The translations under genes and the position numbers were made by a program. 64,000 nucleotides of DNA from Parvibaculaceae bacterium (lineage in GTDB: Bacteria; Pseudomonadota; Alphaproteobacteria; RS24), in the NCBI GenBank assembly GCA_965219965.1, contig OZ244796.1, positions 391,015 through 455,014 of the forward strand, in the 5' to 3' direction. Positions 10,868 through 22,744 of the stretch are shown piece after piece; within the stretch, counting starts at the first letter, position 1, and each line of letters opens with the position of its first letter. The notes below the pieces were generated by a model. The model was not told the DNA's origin, did not search any database, and saw only the letters and a list, made by a program, of their open reading frames with translations.

Positions 10868-13800
10868 TCTGGTCACGTGAAAAAAGAAATGCTGTGCTGA
10901 GCAAAAACGCAAGCGAACGCATTTTTCTGCTAGACGGAGCGATGGGAACAATGATTCAACGCTACGCACTACAGGAAAATGATTTTCGCGGCGCACGATT
11001 TGCTGATACCAAAACCGATTTGAAAGGCAATAATGATTTATTGTCTTTAACCAAGCCAGAAATTATCCGCGATATTCATAAAGCTTTCCTTGAGGCAGGC
11101 AGTGATATTGTACAGACCAATACATTTTCTTCTACCGCTATCGCGCAAGCTGATTACGGGCTGGAAGCACTGGCCTATGAGTTAAATCTTGAATCGGCAC
11201 GTTTAGCCCGTGCAGTTTGCGATGAAGCCGAGCAGGCCGACCCGAGCCGCCCGTTTTATGTGGCGGGTTCTTTGGGGCCGACCAATCGCACAGCGTCCAT
11301 TTCGCCTGATGTGAGCAATCCAGCCGAGCGCAATATCACTTATGATGAATTGCACGTTGCTTATAAGCAAGCCGCTTTGGGGCTTATTGCGGGCGGGGCG
11401 GATATTCTTTTGGTGGAAACAATTTTTGACACGCTTAATGCCAAAGCCGCCCTTCATGCCGTGCAAGATGCGTTTGATGAAAGTGGTGTGACTCTGCCTT
11501 TAATGATTTCAGGCACCATTACCGACAAGTCAGGGCGTACCCTATCGGGGCAGACGGTGGAGGCCTTTTGGTATTCCTTGCGCCATGCCAAGCCTTTTTC
11601 TGTTGGACTCAATTGTGCGCTGGGGGCGGCTGATATGCGCCCCTATGTGGCTGAAATTGCGCAAATTGCTGACACGCTGATTTGCATTTATCCCAATGCC
11701 GGCCTGCCCAATGAATTTGGTGCTTATGATGAAACGCCTGAAGCTATGGCTGAGGTGATAAGCGAATTTGCTCAATCTGGTTTGGTGAATATTATAGGTG
11801 GCTGTTGCGGCACAACACCAGAACATATTGCCGCGCTTGCGCCTGTTGCAAAAAAAAATCGCCCACGCAAATTTACGCCGCAAGAACTGCGCTTGAAATT
11901 ATCGGGTCTAGAACCATTTGTGCTGAGCGATGATATTCCCTTTGTCAATATTGGTGAACGGACAAATGTAACAGGTTCGGCGCGTTTTCGTGATTTGATA
12001 ACGCAAGGCGATTATGAAGCCGCATTGGATATTGCACGCCGCCAAGTAGAAAATGGCGCACAAATTATTGACATCAATATGGATGAGGGCATGTTGGATT
12101 CTGAAGTCGCTATGGTGCGATTCTTGAATCTCATTTCTGGTGAGCCAGACATTGCCAAAGTACCAGTTATGATTGACAGTTCAAAATGGTCTGTCATTGA
12201 ATCTGGTTTGAAATGTGTACAGGGCAAGCCAGTGGTTAATTCTATTTCACTGAAGGAGGGCGAGGAGGTTTTCCTACAACAAGCGCGTGCGTGTTTGCGT
12301 TTTGGTGCGGCGGTGATTGTCATGGCATTTGATGAAGATGGCCAAGCCGATACAGTTGACCGAAAATTTGAAATTTGTGCGCGTTCTTATGAATTATTGA
12401 CGCAAAAAATTAGCTTTCCGCCCGAAGATATTATTTTTGACCCAAACATTTTCGCCGTGGCAACTGGCATTGAAGAGCATAATCATTACGGGCTGGCCTT
12501 TATTGAAGCGGCCAAGCGCATCCACGAAAGCCTGCCCCACGCCCATATATCGGGCGGTGTGTCCAATATTTCCTTTTCTTTCCGTGGCAATGAGCCAGTG
12601 CGTGAAGCCATGCATGCTACCTTTTTATATCACGCCATTCAAAACGGCATGGATATGGGCATTGTCAATGCTGGCCAGTTGGCGGTTTATGAAAATATTG
12701 ATGCTGAATTGCGTGAAGCGGTGGAAGATGTTTTGCTTAATCGCCGCGATGATGCCACTGACCGACTACTTGGCTTGGCAGAAAAATATCACGGTCAAAA
12801 AGGTGCGACGCAAAGCATTGATTTAAGCTGGCGGAAGCGTTCGGTTGCCGAAAGGCTACAACATGCGTTGGTGCATGGCATTGACGATTATATTGAAGAA
12901 GATACAGAAGAAGCGCGGCAAAATTCTACTCTTCCTTTATATGTCATTGAAGGGCCGCTTATGGATGGCATGAATGTGGTTGGCGATCTTTTCGGCGAAG
13001 GCAAAATGTTTCTCCCGCAAGTGGTTAAATCTGCTCGCGTGATGAAACGTGCTGTAGCTTATCTTGAGCCATTTATGGAAGAAGAAAAGAAACAAATCGG
13101 TGCAGATAAACGCAAAGCGTCAGGTAAAGTTCTTATGGCCACAGTGAAGGGTGATGTGCATGATATTGGTAAAAATATTGTGGGTGTTGTGTTGCAATGT
13201 AATAACTATGATGTGATTGATTTAGGTGTCATGGTTCCAGCGGCTGATATTTTGCAAACCGCACAAAAGGAAAAGGTTGATATGATTGGCCTGTCGGGGC
13301 TGATTACGCCCAGCCTTGACGAAATGTGCCATGTTGCGGCAGAAATGGAGCGTTTGAATTTCAGCATACCTTTGCTTATTGGCGGGGCGACCACTTCCAA
13401 AGTGCATACGGCGGTGAAAATCAACCCTCATTATGCCAAGGGGCAGGCGATTTACGTGCCAGATGCCAGCCGTGCGGTTGGCGTGGCTGGTACGCTTTTA
13501 TCGGCAGAAAAGCGCACTGATTTCTGCGCTGATATTCGTTGCGATTATGAAGCTATGGCTACCGCTCATGCCCACAAGCAGGAAAACAGCAACCGTGTGA
13601 CTTTATCCGTTGCGCGAGCCAATCATTTTGTGCCTGATTTTGTCGTCCATCCATCCGCACGGCCAGCTTTGCTTGACAAAAAGGCAGGGGTGAAAATCTT
13701 TGATAATTATCCGCTTGAAGATTTACGTAGCTTTATTGATTGGACACCATTTTTCCGCAGTTGGGATTTGCACGGCACCTATCCAGCTATTTTAACTGAT

Positions 13801-14583
13801 AAAAATGTTGGTACGGCAGCAGAAAATTTATTCCGTGATGCCAATACAATGCTGGATAAAATCATTGCTGAAAAATCTTTCACTTGCAAAGGCGTGATTG
13901 GCTTTTGGCCGGCTGCTCGTGATGGTGATGATATTATCATTTATAAAGATGACAGCCGTACAGCTGAGCGTGCGCGTTTGCATACATTGCGCCAGCAAAT
14001 GCAACGCCGCAATCAACGCGCTAATTTCGCGCTGGCTGATTTTATCGCTCCGCCAGATATTGGACCCGATTATATTGGTGGCTTTGCCGTAACAGCAGGC
14101 CATGGCGCAGATGAATTAGCCAAGCACTTTGAAGCAGAGGGCGATGATTATAGTGCCATTATGGTCAAAGCACTGGCCGATCGTTTGGCTGAAGCCTTTG
14201 CTGAGCGTATGCACCAGCTTGTTCGGACAAAATATTGGGGTTATGCGCCGAACGAAAATTTAGACAATGACGCGCTTATTGCCGAAAAATACCAGGGTAT
14301 TCGGCCCGCGCCTGGCTATCCAGCACAGCCTGACCATACAGAAAAAGTAACTCTTTTTGATTTGCTCAAAGCGGAATCTGCCGCGGGCATTAAGCTCACT
14401 GAAAGCTATGCTATGTGGCCAGCGGCGGCGGTTTCGGGTCTTTATTTTTCCCATCCGCAAAGCTGTTATTTTGGCGTAGGAAAAATAAATCGTGACCAGC
14501 TTGAAGATTATGCGGGGCGCAAAAATATGTCGGTGGATATATGCGCTAAATGGCTGTCACCCATTCTTGGTGAATCTTCATGA
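10864..14583 (+). CDS. metH: Cobalamin-dependent methionine synthase
   Basis: About 1240-aa ORF with homocysteine-binding, pterin-binding, B12-binding ([10 protein letters not shown]) and AdoMet-activation domains. Start taken at ATG 10864, which forms an ATGA overlap with the metF stop. The ORF track starts at 10834. Confidence 0.96.
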   Translation: MIWSREKRNAVLSKNASERIFLLDGAMGTMIQRYALQENDFRGARFADTKTDLKGNNDLLSLTKPEIIRDIHKAFLEAGSDIVQTNTFSSTAIAQADYGLEALAYELNLESARLARAVCDEAEQADPSRPFYVAGSLGPTNRTASISPDVSNPAERNITYDELHVAYKQAALGLIAGGADILLVETIFDTLNAKAALHAVQDAFDESGVTLPLMISGTITDKSGRTLSGQTVEAFWYSLRHAKPFSVGLNCALGAADMRPYVAEIAQIADTLICIYPNAGLPNEFGAYDETPEAMAEVISEFAQSGLVNIIGGCCGTTPEHIAALAPVAKKNRPRKFTPQELRLKLSGLEPFVLSDDIPFVNIGERTNVTGSARFRDLITQGDYEAALDIARRQVENGAQIIDINMDEGMLDSEVAMVRFLNLISGEPDIAKVPVMIDSSKWSVIESGLKCVQGKPVVNSISLKEGEEVFLQQARACLRFGAAVIVMAFDEDGQADTVDRKFEICARSYELLTQKISFPPEDIIFDPNIFAVATGIEEHNHYGLAFIEAAKRIHESLPHAHISGGVSNISFSFRGNEPVREAMHATFLYHAIQNGMDMGIVNAGQLAVYENIDAELREAVEDVLLNRRDDATDRLLGLAEKYHGQKGATQSIDLSWRKRSVAERLQHALVHGIDDYIEEDTEEARQNSTLPLYVIEGPLMDGMNVVGDLFGEGKMFLPQVVKSARVMKRAVAYLEPFMEEEKKQIGADKRKASGKVLMATVKGDVHDIGKNIVGVVLQCNNYDVIDLGVMVPAADILQTAQKEKVDMIGLSGLITPSLDEMCHVAAEMERLNFSIPLLIGGATTSKVHTAVKINPHYAKGQAIYVPDASRAVGVAGTLLSAEKRTDFCADIRCDYEAMATAHAHKQENSNRVTLSVARANHFVPDFVVHPSARPALLDKKAGVKIFDNYPLEDLRSFIDWTPFFRSWDLHGTYPAILTDKNVGTAAENLFRDANTMLDKIIAEKSFTCKGVIGFWPAARDGDDIIIYKDDSRTAERARLHTLRQQMQRRNQRANFALADFIAPPDIGPDYIGGFAVTAGHGADELAKHFEAEGDDYSAIMVKALADRLAEAFAERMHQLVRTKYWGYAPNENLDNDALIAEKYQGIRPAPGYPAQPDHTEKVTLFDLLKAESAAGIKLTESYAMWPAAAVSGLYFSHPQSCYFGVGKINRDQLEDYAGRKNMSVDICAKWLSPILGESS

Positions 14584-14669
14584 TGGCTGCTCGCGCCCAT
14601 GATTTATCAATTCGCCTCTGGGCGGCGATTCATTTATCTTTCTTGCAATAAGGAGCTTTGGGTTAATCC

Positions 14670-15368
14670 ATGTCCATTTGGGGAAAAATGACTGGCGCGG
14701 TGGCGGGTGCTTATATGGGCGGGCCTGTGGGGGCTGTGGCTGGCGTTGTGGCGGGTCATTTCCTCTTTGATCGCCATTTAGATGATGATGTGGTTTTCAC
14801 CATTGCGCTAATTGCACTATCGGCGAAAATGGCCAAGGCGGATGGCATTGTTTTACCAGCGGAGGTAGATGCGTTTTACCAAATTTGCCGTGTGCCAGAT
14901 GGCGAACGGAAAAATGTAGAACGGGTTTATAATCTCGCCCAGGAAGATGTGGCTGGATTTGAAGCTTATGCTCAGCAGCTAGCGGATATATTTTCGTCTA
15001 ATCCACGTGTTTGTGAAGATGTGTTGGACGCGCTTTTTCACATTGCCCATGCAGATGGGGAATTGCATCCAGCAGAGGAAGCTTTTCTCAAACAGGTGGG
15101 TGATATTTTTGGCCTATCGAGGGTGGGTTTTGCTAGAATACAGGCACGCCATTCACCCGATGCGATTGACCCCTATATTGTGCTGGGGGTTAAAGAAAAC
15201 GCATCCGATGAAGTGGTGCGGTCAGTCTGGCTGAAGGCGGTGCGTGAAAATCACCCAGACCAATTACAGGCGCGGGGCGTTCCAGAAGAAATCACTCACC
15301 TGGCCAATGCACGTATGGCTGTTATTAACCGCGCTTGGGAAACCATTCGCAATGATAGAAATATTTAA
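14670..15368 (+). CDS. djlA: DjlA-like co-chaperone (Gly-rich membrane segment, TerB-like domain, C-terminal J domain)
   Basis: 232-aa ORF. N-terminal glycine-rich hydrophobic segment. C-terminal J domain DPYIVLGV...AVRENHPDQ with the HPD motif. Confidence 0.75.
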   Translation: MSIWGKMTGAVAGAYMGGPVGAVAGVVAGHFLFDRHLDDDVVFTIALIALSAKMAKADGIVLPAEVDAFYQICRVPDGERKNVERVYNLAQEDVAGFEAYAQQLADIFSSNPRVCEDVLDALFHIAHADGELHPAEEAFLKQVGDIFGLSRVGFARIQARHSPDAIDPYIVLGVKENASDEVVRSVWLKAVRENHPDQLQARGVPEEITHLANARMAVINRAWETIRNDRNI

Positions 15369-15379
15369 GAAGGAAGATT

Positions 15380-16081
15380 ATGTCGCAAGAATTAAATAAA
15401 CAAAAAGCTGCCTTGCGTGCTGTTGAAGTTGTGCAAGATGGCATGAAAATTGGGCTAGGCACGGGTTCAACCGCCAAATATTTTATTGATGCTGTGGGTG
15501 AAAAAATTGCTGGCGGCATGAAGCTGTTTTGTGTGCCGACTTCCCAAGCCACGCGCCAGCGGGCTGAAAGCCTCAACATTCCTTTAATTGATTTAGGTAC
15601 GGCTGGAAGGCTGGATTTAACTGTAGATGGTGCAGATGAAATGGACAGCGATTTAACCCTCATTAAAGGCGGTGGTGGGGCATTATTGCGCGAAAAAATT
15701 GTTGCCTCTGCTTCCGATGCAATGATTATTATTGGCGATGAAAGCAAGCTGGTTGACCAGCTTGGCGTTTTTCCCTTGCCTGTTGAGGTGAACCCTTTTG
15801 CTCATGAAGCCACGGCGCGTGCTATGCGTGATGCGTTAAAAGAGATGGGTCATGCGGGCGATGTTATTTTGCGCGGCACAAATGATAACGCCAAACCATT
15901 TATCACCGATAATGGCCATTACATTTATGATTGCCATTTGGGCATTATCAATAATGCGCCTGCTTTATCACAAGTATTGCTCAATATAGCGGGCATTGTG
16001 GAGCATGGCTTGTTTATTGGCTTGGCGACAGGTGCGATTATTGCCAGCGTGGATGGATTAATTGAAAAAGGAGATATTTAA
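15380..16081 (+). CDS. rpiA: Ribose-5-phosphate isomerase A
   Basis: 233-aa ORF. GLGTGSTA, DGADE and IKGGGGALLREKIV motifs. Confidence 0.93.
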   Translation: MSQELNKQKAALRAVEVVQDGMKIGLGTGSTAKYFIDAVGEKIAGGMKLFCVPTSQATRQRAESLNIPLIDLGTAGRLDLTVDGADEMDSDLTLIKGGGGALLREKIVASASDAMIIIGDESKLVDQLGVFPLPVEVNPFAHEATARAMRDALKEMGHAGDVILRGTNDNAKPFITDNGHYIYDCHLGIINNAPALSQVLLNIAGIVEHGLFIGLATGAIIASVDGLIEKGDI

Positions 16082-17430
16082 TGGCTTATGATTATCAACT
16101 TTTTGTTATTGGTGCGGGCAGTGGTGGTGTGCGGGCAGCACGTATGAGTGCACAATATGGCGCGAAAACTGTCATAGCAGAAGAATATCGCATTGGTGGC
16201 ACATGTGTTATTCGCGGCTGTGTTCCAAAAAAACTTTTTGTTTATGCCAGCCATTTTGCCGAAGAATTTTCCGATGCAGCCAGTTTTGGTTGGCAACTTG
16301 ATATACCGCGCTTTAACTGGCCGACCTTGCTGGCCAATAAAGATAAGGAAATTGCCCGCTTGGAAAAAATTTACCAAAGAAATTTGGACGCCGCAGGTGT
16401 AGAAATCATACAAGAGCGTGCCGAACTGCTAGATGTGCATACAATAAAAATCGGTGATCGCCAAATCACGGCGGAATATATTCTCATTGCGACGGGTTCA
16501 ACGCCTTTCATGCCTGATATTGCGGGCAAGGCTCATGCCATATCATCTAATGAGGCGTTTCATTTAGATAGTCTGCCGTCACATATCACCATTGCGGGTG
16601 GGGGCTATATTGCGGTTGAGTTTGCAGGTATTTTTAACGGGCTGGGCGTGGATGTCACTTTGGTGCATCGCGGCGATAAGATTTTGCGCGGCTTTGACGA
16701 TGATATTAGAAGCCATTTGCAGGCTGAAATGGTTAAAAAGGGCATAAAAATACGCCTGAATACGCAAATTATGGCGATTGAAAAAACCGCTAAAGGCTTT
16801 GATGTGTGCCTTTCTGACGATAGCACACAGACAACAGGACAGGTGATGATTGCTACTGGACGCAAGCCCAATATAGCGGGCTTAGGGCTGGAAAAAGCAG
16901 GCGTCAAACTCACCGATGATGGCCGCATTGCGGTTGACGCATTTTCTCGCACCAATGTTGAAAATATCTTTGCCGTGGGCGATGTCAGTAATCGTATGCA
17001 GTTAACCCCCATAGCTATTCGTGAAGGGGCGGCTTTTGCGGAAACCATATTTAATAATAATCCGCAAAAAATTGACCAGCGTTTTATTCCTATGGCGGTT
17101 TTTTCCCAGCCGCCAATTGGCACGGTTGGTTTGACAGAAGAAGTTGCCCGCGCCTCACATGAAATAGATATATATAAATCTGTTTTCCGCCCACTTAAAC
17201 ATACGCTTTCTGGCAATGAAGAAAAAACTTTGGTTAAGTTGCTGGTGGATAAAAAAACTGATAAGGTTTTAGGTGTTCATATTGTCGGGGCGGAAAGCGC
17301 GGAAGTGATACAAGTTGTAGGCATTGCCGTTACTATGGGTGCGACCAAAGCACAATTTGACGCAACCATTGCCGTGCATCCGACAATGGCCGAAGAAATT
17401 GTCACCATGCGGCAAAAGGAGGAAAGTTAA
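16081..17430 (+). CDS. gor: Glutathione-disulfide reductase
   Basis: 449-aa ORF. FAD-binding GAGSGG, redox-active GGTCVIRGCVPKK, C-terminal HPTMAEEIVTM. Confidence 0.88.
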   Translation: MAYDYQLFVIGAGSGGVRAARMSAQYGAKTVIAEEYRIGGTCVIRGCVPKKLFVYASHFAEEFSDAASFGWQLDIPRFNWPTLLANKDKEIARLEKIYQRNLDAAGVEIIQERAELLDVHTIKIGDRQITAEYILIATGSTPFMPDIAGKAHAISSNEAFHLDSLPSHITIAGGGYIAVEFAGIFNGLGVDVTLVHRGDKILRGFDDDIRSHLQAEMVKKGIKIRLNTQIMAIEKTAKGFDVCLSDDSTQTTGQVMIATGRKPNIAGLGLEKAGVKLTDDGRIAVDAFSRTNVENIFAVGDVSNRMQLTPIAIREGAAFAETIFNNNPQKIDQRFIPMAVFSQPPIGTVGLTEEVARASHEIDIYKSVFRPLKHTLSGNEEKTLVKLLVDKKTDKVLGVHIVGAESAEVIQVVGIAVTMGATKAQFDATIAVHPTMAEEIVTMRQKEES

Positions 17431-18173
17431 TGGTATTTTCTCTATTGCAGGGAAAAAGTAAAAGCACACCTTCTTTTACTTTTTGGATTTTATCTGCCTG
17501 CCTGCTTTTATATCACCGCTATTTGCATCTGACGACCCGCATCCGCCATATTGGCCTCAACCATATACGTGATTTAGACAGTTCTGGTGATGGTTTTATT
17601 TTATTGCCATGGCATGGTAATTGTCAGGCCGTGTTACTAGCGATGTTTGGCAATATTCCTAATGGGATAACTATTCTCATTTCGCGCAGTCCGCATGGTG
17701 GTGGACTCATCGCGCCGCTCATTCACGCTATGGGTTTTAACACCATAAGCGGTTCTGGCACAGGCAAGGCGGCGGGTAAAGCAATGAAAATGGAAAAGGG
17801 CGGTGTACAGGCATTTCGTAATTTACTTAAAGTCTTGCGCCGTGGTGAAAATATTTCCATGACAGCTGATATTGTCCCAGGGCCCGCCTGCCAATGCGGT
17901 GCGGGCGCAGTTTTGCTCGCTTCTCATTCTGGCCGCCCCATTATTCCAATTGGTGCGGTGGCGCAACGACAAAAAATTTTGCAAAAAGCATGGGATAAGC
18001 ACCAAATCCCGCTTGGCTTTTGTCCAGTCATTGTTGTTTGGGGTGCGCCGATTTATATTAAGCCAGACTTATCGCCCGACATGGTTGAATCCGAATGCCA
18101 GCGTGTGACCAATTCTATCAATGAATGTTTTGACCGTGCCTATGCCGAGCTTGATATGGTTGCACCCAGATAG
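17430..18173 (+). CDS. DUF374-type lysophospholipid acyltransferase superfamily protein
   Basis: 247-aa ORF. N-terminal membrane segment, PWHG...ISRSPHGG...RGENISMTADIVPGP...GRPIIPIG pattern as in DUF374 proteins. Family assignment is from memory. Confidence 0.55.
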   Translation: MVFSLLQGKSKSTPSFTFWILSACLLLYHRYLHLTTRIRHIGLNHIRDLDSSGDGFILLPWHGNCQAVLLAMFGNIPNGITILISRSPHGGGLIAPLIHAMGFNTISGSGTGKAAGKAMKMEKGGVQAFRNLLKVLRRGENISMTADIVPGPACQCGAGAVLLASHSGRPIIPIGAVAQRQKILQKAWDKHQIPLGFCPVIVVWGAPIYIKPDLSPDMVESECQRVTNSINECFDRAYAELDMVAPR

Positions 18174-18185
18174 AAAACACCTTTT

Positions 18186-19553
18186 TTAAGCAACCTTATG
18201 GCTTTTGCTTTCCGATTTTAATTCTTCAGCAATTAAATAGCTTAGCTCAAGTGCTTGGCTACCATTCAAACGTGGGTCGCAATGGGTGTGGTAACGACTA
18301 GACAAATCTTCCTCAGAAATCGCTTGTGCACCGCCAATACATTCGGTCACATTTTGGCCAGTCATTTCAAAATGAATCCCACCCGCATAGGTGCTTTCGG
18401 CCTTATGCACGGCCATAAAGGCTTTCACCTCAGCGAGGATATGGTCAACGGGGCGGGTTTTATATCCATTAGACGCTTTAATTGTATTGCCGTGCATCGG
18501 ATCGCACGACCAGACAACTTTGCGGCCTTCCTGCCCCACTTTGCGAATAAGGGCAGGTAAATGCTGAGCCACCTTATCATGGCCGAAACGAGCAATAAGC
18601 GTAACGCGTCCAGCTTCATTTTCTGGATTAAGCTTATCCAGAAGCGTGATAAGTTCATCTGGCTCCAGAGATGGGCCACATTTAATGCCAATCGGATTTT
18701 TAACGCCAGATAAAAATTCTACATGTGCGCTATCGGGCTGGCGTGTACGGTCGCCGACCCATAGCATATGCGCCGACGTATCATAATAATCGCCCGATGT
18801 GCTATCCAGCCGCGTCAAGGCGGATTCATAACCCAACAGCAAAGCTTCATGGCTGGTGTAAAAATCAACCGTTCCCATTTGCGGCACTGTTTCACTGGTC
18901 AAGCCAATGGCTTGCATGAAATCCATTGCTTCATTAATTTGCGCGGCGATTTTTTCATAGCGTGCGCCTTGGGGGCTGTCGGCTACAAAGCCTTGATTCC
19001 AGCGATGCATTTTATTCAAATCAGCATAGCCGCCCTTGGCAAAAGCGCGGAGCAAATTGAGCGTTGACGCTGCTTGCCGATAGGCGGCAATTTGCCGTTC
19101 GGGGTCGGGGATACGCGCTTGCTCGTCAAATTCAATACCATTGATAATATCGCCGCGATAGCTGGCCAGCTCCACCCCGTCAATCACTTCCGTATCGGCT
19201 GAGCGTGGCTTAGCGAATTGACCCGCCATGCGGCCAACTTTAATAATCGGCATTTTCGCGCCAAAAGTCAGCACCACTGACATTTGCAATAACACCCGAA
19301 ATGTGTCGCGGATATTATCGGCTTCATGTTCGGCAAAGCTTTCCGCGCAATCGCCGCCCTGCAGCAAAAAGGCGCGACCTTCCACGGCTTCAGCCAGCTT
19401 GGCTTTAAGCTTACGTGCTTCACCAGCAAAAACCAAAGGTGGATATCCCGCCAGTCGTTTTTCCACGGCGTGTAGCTTATTTTCATCTGGATAGGTCGGC
19501 ACTTGCCTTATGGGCTTGTTGCGCCAGCTTGAAGGTGTCCATTTCTTACTCAT
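18186..19553 (-). CDS. 3-deoxy-7-phosphoheptulonate (DAHP) synthase, class II
   Basis: ORF 18186-19646. Likely start is ATG 19553 ([23 protein letters not shown], the usual class II N-terminus). Also [25 protein letters not shown] and CDPMHGN. Confidence 0.92.
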   Translation of the reverse strand: MSKKWTPSSWRNKPIRQVPTYPDENKLHAVEKRLAGYPPLVFAGEARKLKAKLAEAVEGRAFLLQGGDCAESFAEHEADNIRDTFRVLLQMSVVLTFGAKMPIIKVGRMAGQFAKPRSADTEVIDGVELASYRGDIINGIEFDEQARIPDPERQIAAYRQAASTLNLLRAFAKGGYADLNKMHRWNQGFVADSPQGARYEKIAAQINEAMDFMQAIGLTSETVPQMGTVDFYTSHEALLLGYESALTRLDSTSGDYYDTSAHMLWVGDRTRQPDSAHVEFLSGVKNPIGIKCGPSLEPDELITLLDKLNPENEAGRVTLIARFGHDKVAQHLPALIRKVGQEGRKVVWSCDPMHGNTIKASNGYKTRPVDHILAEVKAFMAVHKAESTYAGGIHFEMTGQNVTECIGGAQAISEEDLSSRYHTHCDPRLNGSQALELSYLIAEELKSESKSHKVA

Positions 19554-19708
19554 ATTTCTACTCACATCTGCATTTCCATTAACCACCCGACAAACAATAG
19601 CTTGGAATAAGTCCAAATTAAAGGGCTGGGCAGCGGATTTTCGCAAAAATCTGTTTTAATTTCGATTTTTTTGCTATTTTGCGGCGTTTATAGGGGTTAC
19701 ATAGGGTC

Positions 19709-21394
19709 ATGGCAAAGGGTAATAACAAAACATTAAAAATTGCATTGGCACAGCTTAATCCAGTTGTGGGCGATATTGTCGCCAATGCTGATATGTTGCG
19801 GACGGCACATAAAGCGGCGGCGGCGCAAGGGGCTGATATGGTGCTGGCTGGTGAGCTATTTTTATCGGGCTATCCGCCAGAAGATTTGGTGCATAAGCAA
19901 TCCTTTCTACGCCAAATTCGTTATATGGCTGAGCAGTTAGCGGCGGAAACAAAAGATAAAAAACCTGCTTTAGTGTTCGGCTTGCCTTGGTTAGATGATA
20001 AAAGCGGGGCATTGCATAATAGCGTGCTGATTGCTGAAAACGGACAAATTTCTGTACGCCATAAGGTGCATTTGCCCAATTATTCTGTCTTTGATGAAAA
20101 ACGCCTATTTACGTCTGGTACGTTGCCTGAGCCGGTGGAAATTTTCGGTGTGCGTTTTGGTTTGCCTATTTGTGAAGATATTTGGTTTGACGATATTGCC
20201 GCCCATTTGGTTGAGGCGGGAGCGGAAATGCTTTTATCGCCAAATGGCTCGCCCTTTGAGCGTGACAAACATCCCCGCCGTCTAGAATGTGCTACCGCAC
20301 GGTGTAAGCAAACCAATGTGCCGCTTATTTATGTCAATCAAATAGGCGGACAAGATGAATTGGTTTTTGACGGGGCGAGTTTTGCCATGCAGGGTGATGC
20401 CAATTTATGCGTGCAGCTTCCCGCATGGGAAACAGTTTTAACCATCACCGAATGGCACAAAGATAAAAACCATTGGCATTGCCAAACACAAGAAAAAGCC
20501 ACGCTGGAAACGGGGCTGGCGGGCATTTATCAGGCCATGGTTTTGGGCTTACGTGATTATGTAGAAAAAAACGATTTCCCTGGCGTATTATTAGGTCTGT
20601 CGGGCGGCATAGACAGTGCTATTTGCGCCGCCATTGCTGTGGATGCGCTCGGTGCGGATAGGGTGCATTGCCTCATGTTGCCTTCGCGCTATACATCTGA
20701 TGCTAGCCTAGCGGACGCTGCCGATTGTGCAGCGCGTTTGGGTGTACGACTTGACACCATCGCCATTGGTGCGCCAGTTGATGCGGTGGAAACTGCGCTG
20801 ACTGATTTATTTGCTGACGTGGTGGAAGGGTTAACAGAAGAAAATATCCAATCGCGCATCCGTGGCACATTGCTAATGGCCATTTCCAATAAATTCGGCC
20901 ATATGCTTGTCACCACGGGCAATAAATCGGAAGTATCGGTCGGCTATGCCACGCTTTATGGTGATATGAATGGCGGCTATAATCCCATTAAAGATATTTA
21001 CAAAACCGATATTTTTGCTCTTGCGCATTGGCGTAATGAAAATTGCCCATCGGGTGCTTTGGGGGCGGCGGGTGACATTATCCCTGCGGCCATTATTAAA
21101 AAACCGCCCAGTGCTGAATTGCGCGATAATCAAAAAGATGAAGACAGTCTGCCGCCTTATGATGTGCTGGACGATATTCTCATTGCTTTGGTTGAGGGGG
21201 AATTGAGCTTTGAAGAGATTGTCGCCCGTGGTCATAAAGAAGAAACTGTTAAACATATTGAACATCTTTTATATGTATCCGAATATAAACGCCGTCAGGC
21301 GGCTCCTGGGGTAAAAATTGGGGCGCGTAATTTTGGCCGTGACCGCCGCTATCCCATCACTAATGGGTTTAGAGATGCCCGTTTTAAGGGCTGA
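19709..21394 (+). CDS. nadE: Glutamine-dependent NAD+ synthetase
   Basis: 561-aa ORF. N-terminal CN-hydrolase domain (LAQLNP..., ICEDIW) and C-terminal synthetase domain (GLSGGIDSA, TGNKSE). Confidence 0.93.
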   Translation: MAKGNNKTLKIALAQLNPVVGDIVANADMLRTAHKAAAAQGADMVLAGELFLSGYPPEDLVHKQSFLRQIRYMAEQLAAETKDKKPALVFGLPWLDDKSGALHNSVLIAENGQISVRHKVHLPNYSVFDEKRLFTSGTLPEPVEIFGVRFGLPICEDIWFDDIAAHLVEAGAEMLLSPNGSPFERDKHPRRLECATARCKQTNVPLIYVNQIGGQDELVFDGASFAMQGDANLCVQLPAWETVLTITEWHKDKNHWHCQTQEKATLETGLAGIYQAMVLGLRDYVEKNDFPGVLLGLSGGIDSAICAAIAVDALGADRVHCLMLPSRYTSDASLADAADCAARLGVRLDTIAIGAPVDAVETALTDLFADVVEGLTEENIQSRIRGTLLMAISNKFGHMLVTTGNKSEVSVGYATLYGDMNGGYNPIKDIYKTDIFALAHWRNENCPSGALGAAGDIIPAAIIKKPPSAELRDNQKDEDSLPPYDVLDDILIALVEGELSFEEIVARGHKEETVKHIEHLLYVSEYKRRQAAPGVKIGARNFGRDRRYPITNGFRDARFKG

Positions 21395-21409
21395 ACATAG
21401 GGAGAAAAA

Positions 21410-22744
21410 ATGACCATTCTGACCCGTTTTGCGCCCAGCCCGACTGGACAAATACATGTTGGCAATGCCCGCACGGCGTTGTTTTGTTGGCTATTCGCCA
21501 AAGCGGTGGGCGGACAGTTTATGTTGCGCTTAGATGATACAGATTTGGAACGCTCCACGGAAGATTTTGCCAAGGGCATTATTGCTGATATGGCATGGCT
21601 TGGCTTGCTGCATGACATAACGGCCAAACAATCTGACCGATTTGACAAATACCGCGCTGCTTTTGGTGCTTTGCGCGAACAGGGATTACTTTATGCTTGT
21701 TATGAAACGCCAGAAGAATTAGAACGCAAGCGCAAACGCCAATTATCGCGCCGTTTGCCGCCCGTTTATGATCGTGCCGCATTAGAACTCACGGTTAAGC
21801 AAATTGCGCTTTACGAAAAAGAAGGCCGCCAGCCACATTGGCGGTTCAAATTATCTAGCGACACAGTAGCGTGGAATGATGTGGTGCGCGGTGAGCAGAA
21901 AATTGACACGGCTAGCTTGTCCGACCCAGTTTTGGTGCGCGGCGATGGTACATTTCTTTACACATTGCCCAGCGTGGTGGACGATATAGAATTTGGCGTT
22001 AGCCATATTATTCGCGGCGAAGACCATGTCACCAATACGGCCACGCAAATTGAAATTTTTGACGCCCTTAATGCTACTCCGCCGCTTTTTGCCCATCATC
22101 CCTTATTGGTTATGGCTGATGGGGCGGCTCTTTCTAAACGGCTTGGCTCTTTATCTATTGCCGCTTTGCGTGAGGCGGGGCTTGACCCGATGGCGATAAA
22201 CAGCCTCATTGCGCGGCTTGGCACGCCTATGCCTGTTGAACCGCAGCGTGAAATGGAAAGAATTATTGCTGGCTTTGATTTAGATCGCCTTGGCCGCGCA
22301 CCTGCGCATTTTGATTTGGCCGAGCTGGAGCGCGTTAATGCTAAATTATTGCATGACGCACCCTATGCCGAAATGGCTGAACGACTAGCTGAGATGAATA
22401 TTGGTGGCGGTGAGGATTTTTGGCTGGCCGTGCGTGGTAATTTGACCCATCTCGCTGAGGCGAGCGATTTATGGCGCATTGTGGATGGACAAATCGCCCC
22501 TATTATTGCGGTCGAAGATAAAGATTATATTGTCCAGGCTCTTGCCGCTTTGCCACCTGCCCCATGGTCGGAAGACACATGGGGGGCGTGGACATCTGCC
22601 TTGAAAAAATCCACTGGACGCAAAGGCAAAAGTTTATTTATGCCTTTGCGTCAGGCATTGACAGGGCAGGCGCATGGGCCTGAGATGCAAAAGCTTTTAT
22701 TGCTAATCGGGCCAGAGCGTGCCAAAAAACGTCTTGAGGGGTGA
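21410..22744 (+). CDS. gltX: Glutamate--tRNA ligase (short form, 444 aa)
   Basis: RFAPSPTGQIHVGNARTALF (HIGH region) and ALSKRLGS (KMSKS-like). Confidence 0.9.
   Translation: MTILTRFAPSPTGQIHVGNARTALFCWLFAKAVGGQFMLRLDDTDLERSTEDFAKGIIADMAWLGLLHDITAKQSDRFDKYRAAFGALREQGLLYACYETPEELERKRKRQLSRRLPPVYDRAALELTVKQIALYEKEGRQPHWRFKLSSDTVAWNDVVRGEQKIDTASLSDPVLVRGDGTFLYTLPSVVDDIEFGVSHIIRGEDHVTNTATQIEIFDALNATPPLFAHHPLLVMADGAALSKRLGSLSIAALREAGLDPMAINSLIARLGTPMPVEPQREMERIIAGFDLDRLGRAPAHFDLAELERVNAKLLHDAPYAEMAERLAEMNIGGGEDFWLAVRGNLTHLAEASDLWRIVDGQIAPIIAVEDKDYIVQALAALPPAPWSEDTWGAWTSALKKSTGRKGKSLFMPLRQALTGQAHGPEMQKLLLLIGPERAKKRLEG

Noticed and set aside
16605-17216. A 203-aa antisense ORF inside gor. Similar long antisense ORFs occur at 3048-3647 (rpoD), 25106-25612 (psd), 26963-27523 (guaB), 60652-61203 (pepA) and 61909-62355 (ndk).
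   Set aside because: They are shadow ORFs opposite strongly recognisable genes. They have low-complexity or Arg/Ser/Ala-rich translations and no ribosome-binding sites.
19554-19708. The short inverted repeat GATTTTCGCAAAAATC in the divergent DAHP synthase / nadE promoter region as a regulator site.
   Set aside because: The arms are only 6 bp, AT-rich and unconserved-looking, and I can link them to no known motif.
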